A stretch of DNA of 64,000 nucleotides from Octopus vulgaris (Eukaryota): contig OX597817.1 of NCBI GenBank assembly GCA_951406725.2, forward strand, positions 42,842,001 to 42,906,000, given 5' to 3'. Shown in pieces: positions 60,601 through 64,000 of the stretch. How positions within the stretch are numbered: position 1 is the first letter of the stretch; each line of letters begins with the position of its first letter. The notes under the pieces were generated by a model. It searched no databases. It was not told the DNA's origin and saw only the letters and a program-made list of their open reading frames with translations. The translations under genes and the position numbers were made by a program.

Positions 60601-63033
60601 TGTGTACAGTGCTCAGGTGCACTACAACTCATCTAAAGTGTATATATAATCAGGTGTAGTTTCGGCGGATTTCGGAAAGCATGAGGGCCTTAAAAGATGC
60701 AGTGTCATGGCAGTCAACAACTGACACAGGCAGTTTATTCCATGCTTCAGCAACTCTAACCACTGTGTAAATTAGCTTCTAAGTTGTTTGGTTGTTGAAG
60801 GGTTTCATATATGTTTGCCTTATCGCAGTGCTCTCATCTAAAATATATGAAAATGTTTAGCTTTGAATGTAGTACGTTTTCATTATAATTAAATAATGTT
60901 TATAGAGATGACTGAAGCTCTGTGAGCAACTTTATGAATGTGATGCTCATTGCAGGCAATAAATACATAAAAGATGGAATGGGATCTTCAACCAATTAAT
61001 AGAAAATCAATACTTTAAATGGTACTGAGTGTATATGGTTAGAGGCTGAAGCACTGATGAAGTGACATCCAAAGATTGCTCAAATGGGTTTTTTTTCAGC
61101 CGTAGTAGACAGTCTTTACTACCATTTGATAATGATTGTGATAGAAATATAATTGCTAGAATTAGTAAAGAATATAATTTTAATGAGTTGTGAGATGCCA
61201 GGGCATAGAACATGGATAATATATGGAGGTTGGATAGAGAAATGGTTTATGATAGACCCATTGGTTGCATGTATTACTCTTACTTGGTTGAATGACAAAA
61301 TACAATTGAGTTTAGAAATCAGCTGAGTATTCAGTCATTGAAGCAGCTGTGCTTTTATAGACATAATACATATGTCTTTAATAAGCCTAGATGCACCTGT
61401 ACATACATATTAAGTTAAACACGATAAAATAACTGTTCATTAAATTCTATTTCAGTTCACCTTCTGGTTAGAAAAATGTATTATTGAAGCAGAGAATTTT
61501 GAAGAGCGAGTTGCCGTTGTTTCTCGCATTATCGAAATCCTGTTAGTATTTCAAGACCTGAATAATTTTAATGGTGTACTAGAAATAGTAAGTGCTCTCA
61601 ATTCAGCTCCAGTATTCAGGTTGGAGCACACTTTTGAGGTAAGTTTGATTTATCTGCTAATTTTTCTTCTAATGAGGAATTGGATCTGTAAAATGGGTGG
61701 GCTTCAGGGGCATAGAAAGTAAAAACAAATTGAATAAAATTAGAATGGTTGATATTTCTTTAGAATTGTTAGTAATTGTGATTAATCACATTCAGAGATT
61801 TCTAATTAATGTTGTTTTAAAGACTTGCTTATTATTTAGTAGATAGTAATGGCAATAGGTTGGGTACATCAAAGGGTCTTAAAGGAGACAAATGGAGCAA
61901 AAACTCATTGTACAAAGCATTTTTTTCAGTTGATAACATGAATATATTTTGACTTTTCCAAAATGTTCTCTTGCTGATAATAAATCATATTAATTTTATC
62001 AATTTTATTTAAGATCAATTTAACTTTATCTTGAAATTTTAAATCGTCCATTTTTCAGGAAATTCCTAGTAAAATGATTCGAGCATTTGATGAGGCAAAA
62101 GAATTGAATTCTGACCACTTCAAAAAATACATAGAAAAATTGCGATCAATAAATCCGCCATGTGTCCCTTTCCTTGGTGAGTATTCCTCCTGTCGTTGTT
62201 GTTTTGTGAAAACATGTCATATTGAGTAGACTAGCATTCTTTCAATAAATCATCATTCTGCTTTTAAACATGACAGGCTGGCAACAGATTTTAAAACTTC
62301 CAGCATAAGGTTACAGCACTTCACTTTAAATAGGCATTTGATTTGTTGTTATTTAGTTCTAACCAAGCAACCTTAAAAAGCACCATCTGAACGTGGCCAA
62401 TGCCAATACCCCCTGACTGGCTCCCATGCCTGTGGCATGTTAAAAGCACCATCCGAATGTGGCCAGCACTATCTGAGCACGATCGATGCCAGGCCCACCT
62501 GACTGGCCCTTGTGCCGGTGGCATGTATAAAGCACTCACTACACTCTTGGAATGGTTGGCGTTAGGAAGGGCATCAAGCTGTAGAAACATTGATAGATCA
62601 GATTTGAGCCTGGTGCAGCTACTGGCTCTCCAAATGTCAGTCAAACCAGCCAACCCATGCCATCATGGAAAACGGATGTTAAATGATGATGACGATGATT
62701 ATGATGAAGAACACAACAGCTGTATTATCAGCCCTATTAAGGAAGACAGCTTCAAGATTTTGTTGATTCACTTGAGTTTATGTCAACACTGGAAAAATAC
62801 TAATGCTTGCTTGATGATTAAAAGCTATGAATTTTTTTGTTGTTATTTTCTTCTTATCAGGGATGTATCTCACGAACATTTTATTAACTGAGGAAGGTAA
62901 TCCTGATTTTCTTCCTAATCGACCTGAGGGTATCATAAACTTCAGTAAAAGGAGAAGAGTGGCAGAAATTACAGGTGAAATTCAGCAGTATCAGAACCAA
63001 CCTTATTGTTTCAAGGTGGAATCTTCAATTAGG
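1435..63033 (+). CDS. SOS: Son of sevenless (Ras/Rac GEF), partial spliced gene model: 20 internal exons, 2850 nt / 950 codons, lacking both ends
   Basis: Exon translations match SOS1/2 in order: histone fold, DH, PH, REM ([21 protein letters not shown]), CDC25 ([35 protein letters not shown]). All junctions are GT-AG and the phases are compatible. Confidence 0.97.
2113..3400 (-). mobile_element. Two adjacent RTE 3'-end copies with (GAT)n tails and low-complexity UTRs (purine-rich on the + strand)
   Basis: (CAT)n followed by ttctacagctggatgcccttc core at about 2113 and about 2588. Confidence 0.75.
3800..4082 (+). mobile_element. RTE 3'-end repeat (GGAAGGGCATCCAGCTGT core, GAT tail)
   Basis: Same module as 10255-10430 on the opposite strand; ends GTTAAACGATGATGAT. 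Confidence 0.8.
4676..4868 (+). mobile_element. SINE family B
   Basis: gagttcaaattc B-box-like motif; gtcgactttgcctctcatcctttc..gtcgataaattaagtaccag core. Confidence 0.82.
5313..5830 (-). mobile_element. Decayed Tc1/mariner (maT/DD37D-like) transposase C-terminal half
   Basis: Minus strand [33 protein letters not shown] (cf. WPPSSPDLNPLD), [10 protein letters not shown]. Confidence 0.7.
5900..8120 (-). mobile_element. Probable old LINE remnant related to 22200-23700
   Basis: 7925-7990 resembles 23605-23665; LINE-like composition; no intact motif recovered. Confidence 0.4.
8141..8458 (+). mobile_element. SINE family A
   Basis: ccgggttcagtcccactgcgtggcaccttgggcaag. Confidence 0.82.
9095..9751. 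mobile_element. piggyBac-type MITE interrupted by an RTE fragment (about 9200-9615); related copies at about 22792-23013, 47703-47880, 58755-58915
   Basis: TTAA|CCCT...AAAGGG|TTAA; the insert translates on the minus strand to [17 protein letters not shown]-like RTE sequence. Confidence 0.75.
10255..13250 (-). mobile_element. Decayed RTE-clade LINE (EN, RT, Cys/His PHD-like module, 3' UTR)
   Basis: Minus-strand fragments [67 protein letters not shown]; frameshifts, stops and an internal deletion. Confidence 0.9.
11203..11374. mobile_element. Foldback/MITE inserted in the RTE RT domain
   Basis: Perfect 29-bp inverted repeat 11206-11234 / 11343-11371, extendable to about 40 bp with mismatches; splits the LSPL.F.IV motif. 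Confidence 0.75.
14516..14735 (-). mobile_element. SINE family B nested in an older family B copy
   Basis: 12-bp TSD aacccaaaatat at 14504-14515 and 14736-14747. Confidence 0.8.
14777..14817. repeat. (TA)n microsatellite; others at about 19210-19257, 21219-21253, 41570-41604, 42492-42536
   Basis: Read directly. Confidence 0.9.
14816..15253. mobile_element. Tc1/mariner-superfamily (pogo/Tigger-like) MITE
   Basis: Imperfect 23-bp TIR (taggtcgtcgttgacttacgacc / gatcgtaggtcgacaacgacttg), TA flanks. Confidence 0.78.
16095..16480 (+). mobile_element. tRNA-derived SINE family A (full length)
   Basis: A-box-like TGGCTGTGTGGT, B-box-like GGTTCAGTCC, ggcaccttgagcaagtg core, internal (TA/TG)n; near-identical to 30843-31246. 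Confidence 0.88.
17285..17580 (-). mobile_element. SINE family A (head truncated)
   Basis: Reverse complement of the family A body and tail. Confidence 0.75.
19261..19445 (-). mobile_element. RTE 3'-end repeat
   Basis: catcatcatttaacgtcc...ctacagctggatgcccttcc. Confidence 0.78.
19970..20612 (-). mobile_element. RTE LINE 3' fragment (ORF C-terminus + long 3' UTR)
   Basis: Minus strand [23 protein letters not shown]; the UTR part is similar to 2113-2580. Confidence 0.8.
22200..23700 (-). mobile_element. Old L2/CR1-type LINE remnant
   Basis: Minus strand GVPQGSI at about 23288-23310 and WNSLP at about 22412-22430; heavily decayed. Confidence 0.65.
24852..25275 (+). mobile_element. Tandem dimer of SINE family B
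   Basis: ggcagcaagctggcagaat head occurs at about 24853 and about 25075. Confidence 0.82.
27065..27148 (+). CDS. SOS: SOS exon B (histone fold), [28 protein letters not shown]
   Basis: tttcag|GAG...AAG|gtaac; 84 nt, phase 0/0; not in the ORF track. Confidence 0.95.
27683..28158. mobile_element. Two divergently oriented RTE 3'-end repeats (minus 27683-27885, plus 27893-28158)
   Basis: Shared core and GAT tails in opposite orientation. Confidence 0.72.
28394..28628 (-). mobile_element. SINE family B, alternative tail, with TSD
   Basis: 14-bp TSD acattatatctctt at 28380-28393 and 28629-28642. Confidence 0.88.
29800..30598. mobile_element. RTE 3'-end repeats (minus 29800-30230, plus 30360-30598)
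   Basis: Shared core and GAT tails. Confidence 0.72.
30843..31246 (+). mobile_element. tRNA-derived SINE family A (full length)
   Basis: Same structure as 16095-16480. Confidence 0.88.
32008..32295 (-). mobile_element. RTE 3'-end repeat with short internal tandem units
   Basis: Core plus about 5 degenerate gtgcttttta..ggcaccagca units. Confidence 0.72.
33086..33166 (+). CDS. SOS: SOS exon [28 protein letters not shown]
   Basis: ttgcag|CTG...AAG|gtaggt; 81 nt, phase 0/0. Confidence 0.95.
34070..34306 (-). mobile_element. SINE family B, alternative tail, with TSD
   Basis: 20-bp TSD agatatactaaactgtttgt at 34050-34069 and 34307-34326. Confidence 0.9.
35229..35445 (+). mobile_element. SINE family B
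   Basis: gctggcagaatcattag head, core and tail. Confidence 0.8.
35486..38410 (-). mobile_element. Young 5'-truncated CR1-like LINE with (ATT)n tail, antisense to SOS
   Basis: Intact ORF2, short 3' UTR with a GTGC-acctga-GCAC hairpin, (AAT)n on + strand at about 35486-35503. The 5' junction is not exactly resolved and no TSD was seen. Confidence 0.9.
35553..38402 (-). CDS. CR1-clade LINE ORF2: APE endonuclease + reverse transcriptase, uninterrupted
   Basis: EN motifs SLNARS, ETW, GDFN, LDL, SDH; RT motifs [30 protein letters not shown]; CR1-type C-terminus RGH..WNKLP. The frame stays open up to the stop at 38403-38405. Confidence 0.95.
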   Translation of the reverse strand, partial: KNYSNSGKLSQNNLPSSTHHHKLRAGYKLLSLNARSLCNKIHLFNAYVRSVDPDFITVTETWAHSLLCDGVFNITGYNLFRKDRTNRRGGGVMVYVRSNFLVIPCADLNESQEEVFFCDVRMTMSTLLLGVVYRPPSYHRDTQLCNVLRAAARKTATYVFIAGDFNHPEIDWETFHWPQSANDFVELVLDSNWSQVVTSPTRGDNTLDLLFTTTPEAVINCTTEEPLGDSDHAMIIANLALAGNKNLNHLQSASFDWKRADWNLYHTELQHPNWREFYNSGDVNTILQSILDSIWAACAASVPRKQKKKNRPKRAIWETSAVRLARRERRTAEREYRLHKSDTNRKKRNKSSNHLKQVTKKAVLEFEQCIAANPDSKVFWKYVHSKQRPHSPVGPLRNPHTNQITDDPKECAELIAECYANIFTVESQNVPSSPSLTANSITTMEFTPAMLRRHLQNKRNYASPGLDGVTYLLLKRGRHFLLHQLSIYFQYCLNNGATPEQWKTASVIPLFKKGDRTSPVNYRPVSLTSCIAKLMESCVRETLWNFWSSHSLIRPSQYGFVPNSSCSDQLVEFLEDITQITDSGSWVDVVYLDFAKAFNSVPHKRLMVKLSAMGVGDDLFNWLKSFILSRKEVVTVLGQHSTPYEMSSGVPQGSVLGPLLFVAYINDIDANLKNATVLKYADDIKLYLEIKRTDPDVYNSFLQSDLDTMQQWITDWQLKLAVDKCTTMHFGRKNPAFTYSLHNTDIKKSSCERDLGITVSSDLRWSKHISKIVRKAEGVLASLSRSFVSRSPAIYLKLYTAMVRPHLEFASSVWNPYLAQNIDLLESVQRRATKRIPSIRHLPYSERLVSLGMDSLKLRRLATDLVNTHKVINHLTNNNTEHLFDLHVSNTRGHAYKVRKQYSSHDFRKHFFTLRVAEAWNKLPASVVDCHDTASFKALMLSEIRRNFT
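38945..39192 (+). mobile_element. RTE 3'-end repeat
   Basis: ggaagggcatccagctgt core, gatgttaaatgatgatgat tail. Confidence 0.78.
39179..39312. repeat. Compound trinucleotide microsatellite (GAT)(TCG)(TCT)(TAT)(AAT)
   Basis: Read directly. Confidence 0.95.
40140..40360 (+). mobile_element. RTE 3'-end repeat, degraded
   Basis: gaagagcatccagccatagaaacc core, degenerate GAT tail. Confidence 0.65.
40917..41114 (+). CDS. SOS: SOS exon D (start of DH), GLMNLFF...FEKVLQAK
   Basis: tttatag|GGT...AAA|gtaaga; 198 nt; [16 protein letters not shown]. Confidence 0.95.
41790..41995 (+). mobile_element. Penelope-like terminal repeat (solo pseudo-LTR) carrying a hammerhead-like motif
   Basis: CTGTCGAAGAGC-gtag-GCTCGAAACGT resembles the PLE minimal hammerhead signature; CpG-rich relative to its flanks. 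Confidence 0.55.
41859..41896 (+). ncRNA. Minimal type I hammerhead ribozyme-like motif (atypical core)
   Basis: Stem I tcttt/aaaga, core CUGUCGA-A, stem II GAGC/GCUC, GAAA, palindromic ACGU, GUA triplet. Confidence 0.45.
42031..42171 (+). CDS. SOS: SOS exon E (DH), [12 protein letters not shown]...PFVEMAE
   Basis: ttcatag|AAA...GAA|gtaagg; 141 nt, phase 0/0. Confidence 0.93.
43567..43674 (+). CDS. SOS: SOS exon F (DH), [10 protein letters not shown]...TIDYH
   Basis: ttttag|GAA...CAT|gtgagt; 108 nt, phase 0/0. Confidence 0.92.
43697..44098 (-). mobile_element. RTE 3'-end repeat with internal about 140-bp duplication
   Basis: cttcctaacg.caaccactcc.agagtgtagtgggtgc occurs twice. Confidence 0.8.
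44180..44278 (+). CDS. SOS: SOS exon G (DH), [33 protein letters not shown]
   Basis: ttgtag|ACT...AAG|gtgagt; 99 nt. Confidence 0.95.
45145..45481 (-). mobile_element. tRNA-derived SINE family D (related pieces at about 42760-43000, 53900-54105, 59850-60020)
   Basis: Minus strand ggcacagtggttagag head, gtgttcttgagcaagacactt and ccagttcactcagctg core. Confidence 0.72.
45581..45952 (+). mobile_element. tRNA-derived SINE family A
   Basis: Same structure, more diverged. Confidence 0.85.
46308..46435 (+). CDS. SOS: SOS exon H (end of DH), [13 protein letters not shown]...GKRRP
   Basis: ttctag|ATG...CCATG|gtgagt; 128 nt, phase 0/2. Confidence 0.93.
47917..48047 (+). CDS. SOS: SOS exon I (DH-PH linker), ETSLRL...[26 protein letters not shown]
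   Basis: ttttag|G...ATGG|gtatgt; 131 nt, phase 2/1. Confidence 0.95.
48342..48562. mobile_element. piggyBac-type MITE
   Basis: TTAA on both sides; perfect 12-bp TIR CCCTTTCGTTAC. Confidence 0.88.
49004..49192 (+). CDS. SOS: SOS exon J (PH), GILLKY...[15 protein letters not shown]...DKEDTE
   Basis: ttatag|AG...GAAG|gtaaaa; 189 nt, phase 1/1. Confidence 0.95.
49771..49888 (+). CDS. SOS: SOS exon K (PH), YKHAFEIQ...[15 protein letters not shown]
   Basis: tttcag|AG...AG|gtgagt; 118 nt, phase 1/2. Confidence 0.95.
52226..52309 (+). CDS. SOS: SOS exon L (helical linker), [27 protein letters not shown]
   Basis: tttcag|T...AA|gtgagt; 84 nt, phase 2/2; keeps the Arg equivalent to human R552. Confidence 0.95.
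   Translation, partial: YVGTNIRQYIEGRRERASTAVTPTINI
54140..54490 (+). mobile_element. SINE family A
   Basis: ggtgcaggcatggctgtgtggtaag head to tail. Confidence 0.8.
54645..54857 (+). CDS. SOS: SOS exon M (REM), [13 protein letters not shown]...LLDLLIE
   Basis: ttttag|G...CG|gtaag; 213 nt, phase 2/2. Confidence 0.96.
55086..55610 (-). mobile_element. R4/Dong-like non-LTR retrotransposon 3' fragment (restriction-like endonuclease C-terminus)
   Basis: Minus strand [39 protein letters not shown]; abuts (TAA)n. Confidence 0.78.
55678..55810 (-). mobile_element. SINE family A head
   Basis: ttaccacacagccactcctgcacc. Confidence 0.75.
56090..56218 (+). CDS. SOS: SOS exon N (REM), FDIPE...[14 protein letters not shown]
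   Basis: ttttag|A...CG|gtaag; 129 nt, phase 2/2. Confidence 0.95.
56280..56482 (+). mobile_element. SINE family B, degraded
   Basis: Core and gctggccttgtgccaaaatttgaaa tail. Confidence 0.7.
56712..57130 (+). mobile_element. RTE 3'-end repeat with four about 50-65 bp tandem units
   Basis: Repeated ggca..taaaaagcaccatttga..gtggccgatgccagt...cctgact units, then the core and GAT tail. Confidence 0.8.
57673..57829 (+). CDS. SOS: SOS exon O (REM), [19 protein letters not shown]...ITKVIYRK
   Basis: tttcag|A...AAG|gtatat; 157 nt, phase 2/0. Confidence 0.95.
58405..58506 (+). CDS. SOS: SOS exon P, VESSS...PPPFEWHL...FDLMT
   Basis: ttccag|GTT...ACT|gtaagt; 102 nt. Confidence 0.94.
59249..59404 (+). 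CDS. SOS: SOS exon Q (CDC25), [14 protein letters not shown]...[13 protein letters not shown]
   Basis: tttcag|TTA...ATG|gtaatt; 156 nt. Confidence 0.96.
60571..60757 (-). mobile_element. Short 3'-end copy of the same CR1-like LINE
   Basis: About 157 nt matching 35504-35660 with two mismatches seen by eye, plus (AAT)10. Confidence 0.92.
61456..61638 (+). CDS. SOS: SOS exon R (CDC25), FTFWLEKC...[26 protein letters not shown]
   Basis: tttcag|TTC...GAG|gtaagt; 183 nt. Confidence 0.96.
62059..62176 (+). CDS. SOS: SOS exon S (CDC25), EIPSK...[12 protein letters not shown]
   Basis: tttcag|GAA...CTTG|gtgagt; 118 nt, phase 0/1. Confidence 0.96.
62375..62707 (+). mobile_element. RTE 3'-end repeat
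   Basis: Tandem units, core and GAT tail. Confidence 0.78.
62861..63033 (+). CDS. SOS: SOS exon T (CDC25 helical hairpin), [14 protein letters not shown]...[24 protein letters not shown]
   Basis: tatcag|GG...AGG|gtaagt; 173 nt, phase 1/0. Confidence 0.96.
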
Positions 63034-63044
63034 GTAAGTAATTA

Positions 63045-63543
63045 CCGTAAATACTTGAGTGTAATCCACACTTTTTTCCTAAAATTTAATGGTCAAAATC
63101 CCTAGTGCGTACTATATATGAGGTTAAAAATGAAAATTATTTTCTAAGCAATGTCCGAATCTCTATTTGCTGTCCGGCAATGTTTATTCAGACACATTTT
63201 GTGATATCGGATGCGAAAATACCTTAAGCTAAGCCTGAAAGCATTGAAATCATAAAAGAATCATCCATAACTTGCAATAAGCAACATTTATTAAACGTTA
63301 TTACTGTTATTTCTTTATTTTCTGTAAACAAAATGCACAAAAAAGCTACACATTTGCATTATGTTATATATACAATACTAATAAAGGACGTTACCGTATA
63401 CATCTTTACAATAATAACCTCCTTGACTCAAGTTAGAGAAGGGATGTGTATTATACACAAGGTTTAGGTTTTTCAGAGGTACAGCTCCCTAAAAATCCCC
63501 TGCATATTATACTCAAGGGCGGACTATACTAGAGGATTTACGA
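63045..63543. mobile_element. pogo/Tigger-like MITE
   Basis: TA|ccgtaaatacttgagtgtaatcc ... ggactatactagaggatttacga|TA imperfect TIRs. Confidence 0.75.
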
Positions 63544-63717
63544 TATTCATCATTACACATTTCTGTTATCAATTATAGATACAATGAATTATAGTATTGG
63601 AGATGATACACTATCTATTTTAATGTCATTCTTAACTAATTAATGACCAAATTAATACATGCACTTGAAACCATCTCAGATTAAAATGCTGATGTGTATA
63701 CACATAATAAACATTAT

Positions 63718-63885
63718 ACATGCTGGTGCCACGAAAAAAACACCCAGTACACTCTCGAGTGGTTGGCATTAGGGGAGGGCATCCAACTGTAGAAATCTTA
63801 CCAAGGGAGACATTGTAATTCAATGCAACCCTCTGGCTTGTCAGATCCTGTTGAACCATCCTCTTGATGCCAGCATTTGATTATG
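63718..63885 (+). mobile_element. RTE 3'-end repeat, degraded
   Basis: gagggcatccaactgtagaaa core. Confidence 0.65.
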
Positions 63886-64000
63886 ACAATGCTGGTATTT
63901 TAATTAGTGGTTGTATTTTTCATTGGGGTTTTTAACTTTAACTAAAAACAACAGCTGATTAGTTTTGTAACATAATATTCACCAAAGTGTTAGTTCGTAT

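Noticed and set aside
62861-62900. Catalytic hairpin changes (TNILLTEE versus human TNILKTEE; PFLG versus PFFG)
   Set aside because: The key residues equivalent to F929, L938 and E942 are retained, and the changed positions vary in other invertebrates as far as I recall.

Overview
Eukaryotic, AT-rich, repeat-dense animal DNA. It is most likely an octopus or other coleoid cephalopod, inferred from the SINE and RTE repeat families rather than shown directly. The whole window lies inside one + strand gene, Son of sevenless (SOS, a Ras GEF). I traced 20 internal coding exons from 1435 to 63033, all with GT-AG boundaries and compatible phases. They splice to 2850 nt (950 codons) covering the histone-fold, DH, PH, REM and most of the CDC25 domain. 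The first exon and the C-terminal exons lie outside the window. The introns contain a young CR1-clade LINE with an intact EN+RT ORF2, a decayed RTE LINE and about 20 of its 3' ends, three tRNA-derived SINE families, and piggyBac-, pogo- and foldback-type MITEs. They also contain remnants of maT, R4/Dong and L2/CR1 elements and a Penelope-like terminal repeat. The most interesting observations are four. (1) An in-frame G_GGA_AAC slippery heptamer links the putative ORF1 end to the ATG-less CR1 ORF2, suggesting a -1 ribosomal frameshift. (2) A minimal hammerhead-ribozyme-like motif lies on the sense strand of a SOS intron. (3) The conserved allosteric-site Trp (human W729) is replaced by Met. 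(4) Several exonic differences from vertebrate SOS could be reversed by A-to-I editing. Exon coordinates were counted by hand, repeat boundaries are approximate, and human SOS1 comparisons are from memory.
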